Source: Camelus ferus
Taxonomy: Eukaryota
Direction: 5' to 3'
DNA: 64,000 nt
NCBI RefSeq assembly: GCF_009834535.1
Contig: NC_045698.1
Location: 13,084,001-13,148,000, forward strand
The translations under genes were made by a program, and so were the position numbers. Position 1 is the first letter of the stretch; each line of letters opens with the position of its first letter. Below, one piece after another: positions 39,301 through 52,029 of this stretch. The notes below the pieces were generated by a model. That model was not told the origin of the DNA. It saw only the letters and a program-made list of their open reading frames with translations, and did no database searches.

Positions 39301-42300
39301 AGTTGATTAGCTCTAGCGTCTCCTCGGGGAAAATAGCAGTCTGATGTTAAATTCAAATTCTATTCAGTGCACCTTGGGAGGTTCCCTCTGCCAACAGGGA
39401 AAAAGATTTATTTTCCAAAAAGTCTCACACATCACATCTACTTGCATAATGCTCCCTTCTCATCAAGAACGGTTTCTCTGCAGTCCTACATCTCCAGCAC
39501 TATTCTTTTTCTCTGTCTCTTCAGGTGTTTCAAAGCATTGAAAAAAATGACAAAAAAAAGGTGGCTGTCAGTTTTTAGAGAATGAAAAATAGTACTTATT
39601 CCTGTACAAGGCGTATGCTTAGCTCAAACGCTATTAGAGGGCAAAAAATCATATAATTTCAAAAGTCAACAGAGCAATATGGGCAATGCTGAGGGGTTTT
39701 GTCACTAAACCCTTAGTATCATGGTGGTGTCTTCATGGTGGTCAGTACAGTCTCTTCTCAGGAAAAGGGACGCTCATAATAGTTGAAGACATTCTGACAT
39801 TTTTCCAAAAACTTCTAAGTTTTTTCTGAATTCTTTGGCCAGGTTATCTCACTACTACCTCTTTAACTGAGTTTCAGTTTTGGCAAAAACTCTTTTAACT
39901 TTCCTAGTGAAAGTCCAGTTACTCCCTCCACAAGACCCTTAGCTCAATCATAGGTAGACACGAGTGTGTCTCTGTTTAGTGGCGGTGATATTTCCATCCC
40001 TGCAGCACTTTTCACAGAGAAGTGAGCCCACCTGTGAGCTGTCATTGACACTCCTAATCCTTCTTTCCTTCCTGTTGGGCACCATACAGTTCCCACACAT
40101 TTGGGGCAAGACAGATCGATGCATAGTTGATCTAGAAGAGATCTAGAAGAGCCAAAAATGTGTCAAAGTGATCAGGAAGATGGAACACCACCTTGCAGAT
40201 GTCCCCTGAGAATTGGAGTCCTATCACGGTTTCAACAGTTTATTGAGAAGTCTGGGAAACGATTCTTCTTTCTGGCGGGACATTAAAAACACTGGTAAGA
40301 CAATTCACACATTGACTCTCAGCCTCCACTCAAGACTTAAATGAATCAAAGTCTTCAGTACCATGGCTCATATGTGGCCACTTCATTCATTCCAGGTGAT
40401 ACTAATATGTAGTCATGGCTGAGGACCAGGAAATTACATAATCGTTTCATAGCTTATTTCTCAATTAAGAAGATTATTTCTGAAGAATATAAACTAGTCT
40501 TGCTCCTTATTTTCCATATCAACCTTTTCTGCCATCATTCTCTCCTTCTTCTTGATAAACACATTATCATGAGCATCGCCACGGCCACGTCTGAATCCCC
40601 GGAGGCGAAGGGCATGGAGGCATTAGAGGAGGGCTCCGTTCCCCTTTTCGGCAGTTCTAGGGGGTGACACGTTTGTAGGCATGTTGGTCTGAAGCCCCCA
40701 TTTCACACACCACACCCTCAAAGTGCATCACTTCATTTCACTTACGTGGGTGGCATTGAGCCCTTAAATGGTCCCCCTTACCTCTCAGCAAGGTCCCTTT
40801 AAGACTAAGTGTGTGGTTAGCAAAGCTGCTGACACTACCTCTAGGGGAGGAAACTCTGGCCTTTGTGGTCTTTGTCCCTTATTTAGTTTCAGTTTCAAAA
40901 GAGTTTACCTCTGAGCATCCATTTACTAAATTTAATATGGATTATTTACTTTGACCCTGGATTTTCTTATAAAAATCTATGTCTTTACGAAGGTGTATCT
41001 CCAAATTTGTACCTTAAATATCAGCTGAAAGTTCTTGTGTCTGCCAGGTGTACCCTGGTTAAATCCAGTCTTAATTTGATCAGGTTGGTGGTTTTTTTTT
41101 TTTTGGAGAAGTGTTTTTCCTAACTAATAAAATACTTCTTATTGCTTATATTGAAGGAAGGGAAGCTCCATTGACCTGAGGTGAAACTTTAAATTAATCT
41201 TGACACTCAGAGATGCCTTTTTTTTTTCTTCTGTTTTTCATCTGCAGCCAGGAGTTATTGCAATATATTACTTCTCAAAAGTGATAATACATTGGATGGA
41301 TGGAATGTTAACCCAAATTAAGGTAAAGCAATATTTTCTTAATAAAACAGAAATAGGGGCAATTTCTTAATAGTTTAAAATACTCTGGGGCTCACAAAGG
41401 GGCAATTTACAGGATAGAATGGAAATTGCCTTAAAATAGGTTCTACTTTTCCCATTGAAATATGTATCACTGTTACGAGTATATTTCTTACGTTGCTTAT
41501 TCCTTCTCTGAATGATGATAGTAGATTTTTCCCCTTTATCATCTCTTTAGAAGAACTCTGACAGAAAAACAAGTTCAACCTACTGCTGTAACCCTGAGAT
41601 TCCTAAAAAAGGAGTATTGGAGTAAGTACAAGGGAATTGCAGAGATGACGCACATTTTACAGAAACTTTTGAATTACATCTATCCATATTTCCTCTCATT
41701 TTATGATGTCTTAAAGGCTGGGCGTTTGGACTAGAGGTTTATTTTTGTGTCTTGTTATAACACACGGCATAGTTTAAGGATGAAGGACATACTGTTTTCT
41801 GTTTATAGTAGACATTTATTTCTAAGGATTATATTAGGGAAAATAGTGAAGTAACAGCTACAATAAAGAATTTTATAATTGTACTGAATTAGCATTGATC
41901 TCTACCACCTTGGAAAGATTGGAAGCTTTGAAGCATTTTTCATCCAAAAAAGAAAAAGGAGGCATGGGGTGAAATTGGGAATTATTTGAATAATTATTTT
42001 GATTCAAACGGTAACATCACCAACCAACCCACCGAGAAATACTTATCTGCAAATCACATGTGTTATTGTCGTTTGAATAAAATGGTAATTAAATTTTTGG
42101 GGGAAAAATAGAATGTGCATATTATATGTTATTGCTTTATTATTCAATTTTAAAGCTATTTTATTTTTTTTGGCCTCTTCCTAAAGCATTGTAGATTAAT
42201 ACTTAATTAGAATTTCATCTATGAAGTATTCGATCTTATGTTTAATATGATCAGTGTCAGTTAACATAAGAAATTCTAACTCTTTCCTTCTTATATCTTC

Positions 42301-42529
42301 AAGAAGAGATTATGTTTTTGAGTCCATGTTGTCAATAAAGCATGTAACCATATAAATTTAAAGTAATATCTAAAGTTATGTTAAGATACATTTATAATGC
42401 TGGCTACTCGGATACTATTTGAAACAGTAAGCGGGTATCATAATCTGTAGGACAAACTGCAACATTTGGTTTGCAAACATGGTCCACGCTCTTGAAAGGA
42501 CATTTAAGTGTTTAACCAGAGAAGGCGCA

Positions 42530-42725
42530 CAGGCCTGTTGAAGCCTGGCGTCCTCACTGTCCAATCCCCATGACCTTGGATGTATTTAGCTTTTCCACCT
42601 TATTTGTAATATAAGAATGACAATACCTGCTTCGTAAGGCTGTGCTGAGGATTTAATTAGATAATGCCTAGAAATTCTCAGAGCGCTGTAAAGATCACAG
42701 CGGGTTCTTACCCAGTCTTATCATC
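42530..42725 (+). mobile_element. MIR SINE
   Basis: TGACCTTGGATG...TTTGTAATATAAGAATGACAATACCTGCTTCGTAAGGCTGTGCTGAGGATTTAATTAGATAATG core. Confidence 0.8.
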
Positions 42726-43424
42726 TCAATTTGGTTATTCAGTAAAACATTCCAATATTGGATAATTTGGAAAGCTAAAGATATGTAGACATATATATGA
42801 AATATACCTATATATATATATACATGAAATATATAGGTATGTATATCTATACATATATATATATTTCATTCTCTTTGTTAGTAGCCTTTCTTACTGAGCG
42901 TGTGACATTGTATTCTTTCGGCAGTGGAGACAGAGATGGAAAAATCAAAACAAATGTGCACCTGTGCTCTTTTCTTCTAAACAGGCAATTTGCAATGTAT
43001 CCATCCTTTCTGCCTGCGGTTTAATGACTCCCATGATAAAGCACAAACAAAAGCAACCCCCTCAAGAAGCCCCACTAAATTACCATATGACCCAGCAAAC
43101 AAATGAGACAGAGAGAGAAACCCCAGGGCTTTGGGGGGAAAATATTAGCTAAATCCTTTGCACAGAGCAAATGCTCAACAATCCTTTCGAGGCATCAAGT
43201 AAGTAAAAGAGTGGAAGTTATGATTTCCATTTTTTTCTTTATACATATACAAAACTTTGTAAAGTTTTGTTCAACTGAAAATTCACTAGAATGGAAAGGG
43301 ATACTTGGCTCTAAAGAACCTTGAATAGCAAGATTCATAGAAAGCTCTCGGTTTACCATAGTTCCACTACAACAGGATTCGGGTACACCTGAGAGTTAAT
43401 TATAGTGAGTCCCTCGGAAGCGTG

Positions 43425-43427
<3 letters not shown>

Positions 43428-43460
<33 letters not shown>
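43428..43460. repeat. (CA)n microsatellite
   Basis: Direct reading. Confidence 0.95.
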
Positions 43461-43468
<8 letters not shown>

Positions 43469-43529
43469 GATAGATGCAGTATTAGCCACTGCTCACTTGA
43501 ATTATGGAAGCAGTCAAAGAATCAGCCAG

Positions 43530-43672
43530 GGGAAAGATGGGGTAGAGAGGGATAAATCGGGAGTGTGGGATTTGTAGATACATACTACTATATATAAAAT
43601 AGATAACAAGGTCCTACTGTACAGCACTGGGTACTATATTTGATAGCTTGTAATGGCCTATAATGAAAAGGA

Positions 43673-43719
<47 letters not shown>

Positions 43720-43796
43720 GATGAATCACTATGTTGTACACCAGAAATTTAACGTAACATTGTAAATTGACTGTACTTCAATAATTTAAAAAAAAA
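43530..43796 (+). mobile_element. Young L1 3' fragment with internal (CA)n
   Basis: GGGATAAATCGGGAGTGTGGGATTTGTAGATAC...GACTGTACTTCAATAATTTAAAAA; near-TSD AATCAGCCAG/AATCAACCAG. Confidence 0.9.
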
Positions 43797-44363
43797 AATC
43801 AACCAGAAAATGACATTCCACCTGCGTCAGCTTCCAGAACTTGGTGTTGGAGTGGCCACTGTTCCTGGCGTCAGTGAGGGATCTGAGATCTTTGGTGTAA
43901 AGAACTCAGGCCCTTCTGTCATATGGGTGTGACCCCCGGACTTGGAGTTTGTATTCAGGGACAGCAAGACCCACGCTCCCCTCAGTGTCCAGTCATTTCT
44001 CCTGGAATAAATAGCGCTATCCTTCTCTCAGTAATTGGAGCCTAAGCAAGGCTACCATGATTTTCTACATCCTCCCATCAGTGGTCGCTAGAATACTCCC
44101 AACAGAAAACCCTGCTTCAAAGGAGATGGCCTTTAGTGTCTTACAGGTGAGTAAGCAATGAAATAATTTCCACCTGTAGCTGGACATTCAGGGAGCCTGC
44201 AGTGAGCTTTAATAAGCTCTGTCTTTCTTTATCAATGGAGACTCCTAGAGCCAGTGTGCAGTGTGTTGTTCACTTTTCTTCTCTGATACGTGTCCCATTA
44301 TTTCCATGAACAGTTCACTGCCCACCTATTATGTTAACACTCGTAAGCTTGCTCTATGGACAT

Positions 44364-44365
<2 letters not shown>

Positions 44366-44399
<34 letters not shown>
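44366..44399. repeat. (CA)n microsatellite
   Basis: Direct reading. Confidence 0.95.
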
Positions 44400-44403
<4 letters not shown>

Positions 44404-45171
44404 GCACAGATGAAACAGAACAGCTTCATGCACATGGGTATAAAGCTCTGAGAATTTGTGCCTCGGAAATTTATGCAAATATCTTGAAATCTGTGCCAAT
44501 AGACAAACTTGTTTCTAAAGAAACAATTTCTGTTGAACTCTTGACTAATGAACAGTGCTAATTTTGTAGCTGTCAATACATATCATTTTGTTGATGACAA
44601 AAATAGAAAGCAAAATTAGTGTGTCTCTTTTATAATACTGGTTGCATAAATGTTAAAATTAGGCAATTTTTTCAATGTTATGACATGTGTGTCAGAAGAT
44701 GGGACAATTTATTGGTATTCTGCTGCCATTTCCCACTACTGCTACCAAAGAATACCCCTGGAATACTAACTATTATTTGAATGAATATGATGAATTTTGT
44801 ATTTCAATATATAAAAATATATTATGAATGCTTTTCAATGGTGGTGTTAAAATTCCAAGATTGAAGGGTACGGGATGGTGTGGCTGCAAAATCATTTTTA
44901 AAAGCTGACCTAAATTTGCATAGTTAGAGTAAACGGATCCTTCAGAGAACAAAGAGACCAAGGATTCTGTTATGCCTGACACTGAATGGAATGAGAAGAT
45001 TCATTTGAGGGAGAATCTCATTCTTGAATAACATGTCCACAGTTTTGTCCCAGCAATCTAAGCTCTTGCTTATGCTTTGTTTGGTAGAACATACAAACGT
45101 AAGCACATTGTGGTCATTTGGGTTTAAAGCAGTCTATCACTTCACAAATAAGAAATAGAAATTCAGAACAT

Positions 45172-45206
45172 GGTCGCCCCCTGGTGTTCATGTAGCTGAA
45201 TTACAA
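45172..45206 (-). promoter_or_regulatory. Candidate CTCF site with upstream (ZF9-11) motif
   Basis: Minus strand reads TGTAATTCA-GCTACA-TGAACACCAGGGGGCGACC, against core consensus TGGCCACCAGGGGGCGCTA with a TGCAGTACC-like motif 6 nt upstream. Confidence 0.7.
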
Positions 45207-47454
45207 CTATATTCAAAAACGTAAGATTTAAATTCATGGAGAGTGATGCAAATACAGAATTGGGAAAGTGAATAGTAAAGAGCACATTTTTTTTAATCAG
45301 TTGGCAATAATCCATCTTATACCATTTGTAACCTTGGTCAATGGTTTAGAGAGAGAACTATAACACAGAGACACTCGGAGCGGTTTTGTGTTTCATCTGG
45401 TTTGCAAAGCCCTCAGGTATGGCCCCAACTGCTAACCGGTCTCCTTGGCCTGCTGATAAGATTATAGTCTGTGGCAAAAAACCTTCTATCTACCATTCAG
45501 GCAGATATTGCACATTCCTAGAGTCTTCAGGGTCCAAATTCAAGAGGGAAAGGCATAAAGAGAAAACACAGTGACCCTTCCTCCCTCCATCCCCATCTCA
45601 GTTTAGGACACGCCCAACCTACACCTCCCCCGCTAGGTTCATTTCCAACCCCGGGGTCTGCCTCTTTGGAAAATGTTTGACAACCATCCTTTCAGGGCAG
45701 ACTGTACCCTCTCCCAGCAGGTGGGAACTGGACCCATCCTTAGCTGGGCTCCTGCCCTTTGACTCAAAACAAAATAAAACAAAACAAAAAGAAAATAACC
45801 CATAACCCCACAGACTCTTCAGATTGAAAGGCATAATGTGATTATGAAAGATGTTCTTCTGCTACTTTGTAAAACTTAATTCTCAAAAAATCCTTAAAGT
45901 CTGGATTGTTCAGAATTAAATACCACGTCGTAGAGTAAATCAAGTCTAATTTGAGTCCATGTTGAACCTTTCAGCTCTGTTTGTCATTCTTCCTCCAGGG
46001 TTGAGTTCGTCCTGCCTGTACCTAATTCTTTCAGTCTTCGTGGTCCCAGCTCCTGACCCGATGAGCATCTGTTCATGACAGCTGATCCACGCAAATTACA
46101 GACACAGCACAGCATAACTCAGAAAATAATAATAATTACAAAATAAACACATTTCCCACAAATCCATGTAGACTAGAGATAAAATTTGACTGTCAATATA
46201 AACCCTTTTCACACCATGGCACAGAAGAGTTTAGACACAGGTTTTTAAGCATCTCTTTCACTGTCTCCCCTGCCTGTCTAGCTTTTTCACCTCTCACTGG
46301 GGCATTCTTAAGTGGCTCTCCCCAGAAATGAGCTTTTGAAGTAAAAGCGAATTTGAGTTGTTGAATGAATCCCTTTAAAATTTGATAAATTTGTCCAGCT
46401 TCATTTACGAGCATGCAAAGTTTCAAATGTGATGGGCAAAGATCAGAACGTAACCAAATGTTGTCCTCCAACCGTCTCTAAAAGGAGTAACTTCACATGG
46501 TAACAAGACTTAGAAGTAACAGTACAGCCTTAAGATGTTGCCGGAAAATTTCACTTCCTGTTTATCAGCATGTTTCAAAGATGGCTTTCTTTTTCTTAGG
46601 TTATTGGTAACAGAGTTTTCTGCAACGTCCACAGGCAATGGGAGGTGAGGTTTATATGAGACACTGAGTTGCAAAGAAAAGCAGAAAGTAGCCACGCATA
46701 TATGCTCTTATCTCCTTTTTCTTTTTTTAAATTCTTCTAAAATATAAAAAAAAGATAAAACAAAATAGTAAGAGAAATATGGACATAGGTCCATACTGCT
46801 TAGATGAAATTCTTGGCTGGCTGAGCCCTCATCCTATCTGTTGCAAGAAAAGGTCACTTTTACTTCTGTTCAGGCCTTTTATCATTCCATCAACTTTGCT
46901 ATGATGGTTACTAAATACAAAACACACCTATCTCCTCAATAAACTTAGAGTTTTACGATGGGTAGCAGCAGATAAGAAAAGAGGTGATTATAATACTAGT
47001 TAGTAATATGTTGGGTATTTGCAAAATACTAGAGCAGGAGATGGAGAATGAAATTAGTGTCTAGTAAAGAGAACGGCCCTACAGTCAGAAAGCCGAAGAC
47101 GTGGGTAAAAAGAATTTCAGACTGTGTGAGCAAATTTACACCTAAAGGCAGGATGGGCACGAAGGAGCGGGATACATGCTGGAAACTGCTGATAAAGCAG
47201 CTGGGAAAGAGAGCGCATCCTGCTTGGGATGATACGTCTAAAAAGTTAGCAACAAGACGACAGGGTTGTGCCATTTTCCTGAAAGTCAGTGGGAAAACTC
47301 TGAAGCCAGGAATTAACCTCAGCCGCTGTGCACTAGGAAGATTGCAGCCTAGAAAGAATGGAGACTACCTTGGAAGAGACAGGGGAAAGATTTAGAAGAA
47401 CCACAGTGCTTCTGTAGACATGCATCTATTCCTCTGCTAGAACATTTCACTGAT

Positions 47455-47965
47455 CATGGCCAGGACCCTCAGGAGAGAGCAGGTAATCTTAACATGGCTT
47501 CAAGGCCTTTCATGATACTGCCTGTATTAGGTCATTTATTTCTCAGTATTCCTAGCCTGCCTTTCTGCTTTGGTTCCCACCTACTGCAAACTTGCTCAGC
47601 TGGGCAGCGGTTCATGCCGTTCCCTTTTCTTAGAATATCTGTAGAATATTACTCCTTTTGTCTTTCTCCCTTTCCTCTCCACCCCTCCCTTCCTACTTCA
47701 CCTGGCTAGCATCCAGTATTCCTTTCAGGCTTCAGATTATATATAATCTTTTACACAAATCAAAGTGCTTGCACCTGCCGTCAGCCTTCCCCAGCCCCAC
47801 CCCATGGTAGATCAGGTGACCCCAGAGTACCCTAAGGCTTCCATTCATCTACACACCTAGGGAATCTCAGTCCCTGCTAATCAAAAGGTTGCAAAGAGCT
47901 ATATTTATCTTGTTCCTTGCTTTCTGCCAGCACTAATTTCCTAATTAAACATTTGCCTGATGAAT
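47455..47965 (+). mobile_element. L2 LINE 3' fragment
   Basis: CTTAACATGGCTTCAAGGCCTTTCATGAT...TCACCTGGCTAGCATCC...TAAACATTTGCCTGATGAAT. Confidence 0.7.
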
Positions 47966-48933
47966 ATATTATAGTGCTAAAAATTTCAGTAGAGAGATCC
48001 CTGGTTCTCGTAATCATCTAAAAAAATGGCAAAGTTGGTAGTAGAGGAAAAAGTTTCCAGAGCCATCAGTGGAGAGAGGAAAATAATTGACAAAGCCATA
48101 GGGAGATAGAAAGACAAAGGGCAGAAAGATCTGCTATGCTAGTAAAGATATATACTGTCAGATTTCATTAGAATATTCTATGATATGATGTAATAATATG
48201 TCACAGCATAGTATAATATAATATAAACTCAATTAGCTCAACCATCATAAAAATTGCTCTTATGTATGTAATTTTGGGCAAAGAAAAACCAAAGTTGAGA
48301 ATATATTATTATAAGAGAATATTATGCATACTTTGCTTAAAATGTTTCTAAAAAAGTAGAAAAAAAATGATGTCCTATTATAATACAATATTATGCATAT
48401 TTTATTTAAAATGTTCAATTTGCGACTTACAATATATGTTAATCAAATTCAGACATTGTGGGTGGTTTCATTTAAATTCATTAAATAATTTCAATGAACA
48501 CAAAATGTTAATCTTATCACCCAAATTATTATTATTTTTTTGCTATTCAGGATCCTAATTGCAAAATTAGGAAAACAAACTAGCGCATTTCAGGAGCTTT
48601 TGGACCATAAGGATTGGAATCAAAGGACATTACAACAATCTTCAGCTAGAGAATGAATGAACCCTGATGCTCAAATGGGCTGATGTTTGGGCTTAACATT
48701 GCTGAAGTATAAAGAGGAAGAGTCATGCCCAATTTCACACTTAAAATAGAACCAGTGGCATCTAATACTGTCAATGTACTTCTTCATGCAGTAAACTGTT
48801 TCCAACTTCATAGATAAAATATATTAGAATATCTTAATAGTAAAGATTATTGTTCTCCTAAAATTTGGGACTTAAAAGTATTTAATACAATATACTTTAT
48901 ATTCATAAAAATATTCAGAAGTCAACAGCACTT

Positions 48934-49069
48934 GGGGAGGAGGGTATAGCTCGAGTGGTAGAGTGCATGCTTAGCACGCATGAGGTCCTGGGTTCAATCC
49001 CCAGTACCTCCTCTGAAAATAAATAACCTCACTACCTTCCTCCCACCAAAAAAAAAAAAAAAAAAAAAA
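48934..49069 (+). mobile_element. tRNA-Ala(AGC)-derived SINE (camelid vic-1-like)
   Basis: Box A TAGCTCGAGTGG, anticodon loop CTTAGCAC, box B GGTTCAATCC, then a short tail and poly-A; TSD AGAAGTCAACA(G)CACTT at 48917-48933 and 49070-49085. Confidence 0.9.
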
Positions 49070-49597
49070 AGAAGTCAACACACTTGACACTGTTTAAACA
49101 AATTTGTTATATAACTTTTTTTAACTCATTCAAATAAATCTGTATTTAAATTTCAAAGTAGTTGAGTGCTTCAATAAATATGGCAATGTAGACATTTTTA
49201 GACTTTATTTAATAGCTCCCTGTGCATTACGTTTGCATATGTGGGTATGTATGTATATTGTGTCTCAGTGAGTGTAACTTATCTACTTTGATTTCACTTT
49301 GACAAGTCTCATTTGTTTAAGGAAGGGAAACTCTTCAGGCCTTTTTGCAAAATTTCCTTTTGGGGATCTATGTTCCTGAAATTACAGTTAAATAGAATGC
49401 TACTTTTACTTCCAAATGTGAGGTGTGCAATGGCCTATGTCCTACTAATTTGTTCCAATCAAGCATTTAGTAGAGAGTGGGGTGTTTTTCTTTTTTTGCT
49501 ATTTATTTCTTTTGATCAGATGAAATTAAGGCATACACCTTAGCAGTATTTATACAACTAAAAGTAATTTTTGTTATTTGCATTGTTTTTTATGTTA

Positions 49598-49616
49598 TAC
49601 TGCCATCTTGTGGCCA
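49598..49616 (-). promoter_or_regulatory. Candidate CTCF site
   Basis: Minus strand TGGCCACAAGATGGCAGTA, a near-consensus CTCF core. Confidence 0.7.
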
Positions 49617-50199
49617 CTTGGTCAACTTTTTAAAAATTATATTCCTGGCCAGTATATCAGCATGACCCCGAAAGCATTGTGAAATATAACTTCCAACATT
49701 ATGGAACATATTACTCTTAACAAGTATTATCCTCTTGGCTACCTCTCAGTAACGAGGTCATAATACTTCTTTGTAGCACTTAAAAGTTTTAGGTAATTTA
49801 CCTGAGAATTCCCTAACTTCGTTTGATATTAAATGCTATCTAAATTGATATTAACAATTGCCTAAAAAAGGAGAAAACACTGTTAAATAATTTGTTCACA
49901 CGAGTATATTTCATAATATAGACCCTATTTTGGACCTGTACAAAGTAAAATCACTTATATTAAAAATTTAGACAATTTTATATTTTTAGATTGAACATAT
50001 AAAGATAAATTATGTCTAGAGCTCAAGATATATGGTTTTTTATCATTATTACCTGCTCTAGGTTACAGAATAATTAAAATACTTGGTTAAATTCTATAAC
50101 TGTCTGGGCAGCCTATGGTTAGGAAAGAACTTACTTGTATTTTGTCTTAGGCTAAGCCTTTCTTATATTGGTTGAACTTTTCTCATTTTTTTAAAAGAC

Positions 50200-50571
50200 T
50201 TTTTTTTTTTTTTTTAAGAGCAGTTTTAGGTTCACAGCAAAATTGAGAGGAAGATATAGAGATTTCCCAGGTACCCCTTGGCCCTCACGTAAAGATCCTT
50301 CCCCATTATCGAAACCCCCCACCAGAGTTACAACTGATAGACCTACATTGACACATAATCCCCCCAAAGTCCAGAACTGACATTGGGGTTCATTCTTGGG
50401 GTTGTGCAGTTCTGTGGGTTCTAAGCACGTAATGACATGTATTCGTATTACAGTATCAGTGTATTTTCACTTCCCTAAAATCCTCTGTGCCCCTCCTATT
50501 CATCCTTCCCTTCACCCTAACCCTGGGCAACCACTGAACTTTTTTACTGTCTCCTTAGTTTTGTCTTTTCC
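50200..50571 (-). mobile_element. L1MB/MC-type 3' end
   Basis: GAGCAGTTTTAGGTTCACAGCAAAATTGAGAGGAAG...CCCTAAAATCCTCTGTGC...GGCAACCACTGA. Confidence 0.85.
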
Positions 50572-50911
50572 TTTTTTCTTTTGCAGTAGCAGCAGAACAT
50601 TATTCACAGCCCATTGTTAGTGTCCACAACATTCTCCCATCACTTCATCTTCAAGGTGGGAAGAGAGTGGGTGGAACATTGAGCACAGAGCTGGCTCTGC
50701 CACAGTGCCTGACGCAACTTCGGAGTCAGAGTCTGTCCATCCAGCTGGGGATGCTGGCCGCGCACGATGTGCCTTCAGCCGGATGCTGTTCCCACACATT
50801 CTGGTTCAGTCACCGGTCGGGGCTTCACATCTTCCTCCTACAGTGAAGGGGCCCGTGGTGGCAGGTGCAGCTTCAGCCTTCATGGCCTCCTGGCCCCTCC
50901 AAGAGGAGGCA
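50572..50911 (-). pseudogene. Possible processed retrocopy fragment of an unidentified transcript
   Basis: GC-rich, CpG-containing block of about 340 bp that ends on the minus strand in AATAAT...GCAAAAGAAAAAA; source gene not recognised. Confidence 0.4.
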
Positions 50912-51288
50912 GTGAGAATAGTGAGAATAGTTTTATTACATTGTTCAACATATTTAAAGAGCTTTCTGCTTTTAGTTTATGCCTCTAAACCCAATGATAC
51001 CTATTTTTAAAAACACAGCATATAACACAAGTAATTATAGTCAACACAGTGGTCAAAGATGATCGTGCTTTACTGGGGAGGAATTGGTACGGTTACCTGC
51101 AGTGTTTTGAGAGCCAATAAAATAAATTAGAAAGAAATTACAAAATAGAGATCTGGTTACAGATATACATATATGTGCATGCACACATGTTAAGACTCAT
51201 TATGAGGCAAATACTGTTTTCTGGAAAAATAAGTAAGGTATATTTTAACAAGAGAAGAGGAATAGGGAACAGATTAGAAAGTGTTTCT

Positions 51289-51494
51289 GGATTAGCAGAT
51301 ACAAACTACTGTATATTAAATAGATAAGACAGCAAGGACCTACTACAGAGCACAAGGAACTGCATTCAATAGCTTGTAATAACCTATAATGAAAAAGTAT
51401 ATAAAAATAATATATATATATGTATAACCAAATCACTATGCTGTACATATAGCTAACACAACATTATAAATCAACTATACTTCAATTAAAAAAA
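51289..51494 (+). mobile_element. Cetartiodactyl L1 3' fragment with TSD
   Basis: GGATTAGCAGATACAAACTAC...AACTATACTTCAATTAAAAAA; TSD AAAGTGTTTCT (51278-51288, 51495-51505). Confidence 0.9.
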
Positions 51495-51941
51495 AAAGTG
51501 TTTCTAGGTAACTCACTGATAAGCAAAAGGATATACTGTGCTTGAGTTAAAAACAAATAGCAGATAAGTTTACAGAACTGCATTTAAGCTTTAGTTTTTT
51601 CTTAACGGTATGAAGATAACCCTTCACATCAGAATGAAAATTGTTCTGAAAGCCGTATTTTCCCAATTTGTACTATTAAATCCGAGGAGAGGGGGTGACA
51701 TATAAAATATTCAGTCGGTTCCTGATCATGACCAGCTGCCGGTAGGCACTTACGTCTTGCTGTTCCCCTGCTCTGGGCAAGGAGCAAAGTCAACTTTCTT
51801 AATTATTTCATGATTAGGCAAGACCCCGTATCTCGCAAAGGCCAATGGGTTATTAAGAGGTGGCCCGCACATTCCCAGTCTGAAACACTGAATTCCAGCA
51901 TGGGGGCTGTCCCGCCCTTGTTTGCCCCGCTGCACTGAGCC

Positions 51942-51960
51942 CGGCGCCCCCTGCTCCAGG
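51942..51960 (-). promoter_or_regulatory. Candidate CTCF site (weaker)
   Basis: Minus strand CCTGGAGCAGGGGGCGCCG; the AGCAGGGGGCGC core is intact but the 5' CC is missing. Confidence 0.4.
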
Positions 51961-52029
51961 TGCTGCTGCTCTGGCTTGTCGGGGAGTCTGCTTGTTGGCA
52001 TCACTGTGTTGAAGCAGGGAGATCTGCAG

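Noticed and set aside
39628..39645. CTCF-like CTATTAGAGGGCA (also weak matches at about 52843 and 62432)
   Set aside because: Mismatches at key core positions; too weak to call.
47048..47395. 115-aa ATG ORF
   Set aside because: No recognisable homology or splice context; a length expected by chance in 64 kb.
48934..49012. Functional tRNA-Ala gene
   Set aside because: Poly-A tail, TSD and extra 3' tail indicate a retroposed SINE.
50705..51010. 101-aa + ORF
   Set aside because: GTG start, runs antisense to the putative retrocopy and into AT-rich flank.
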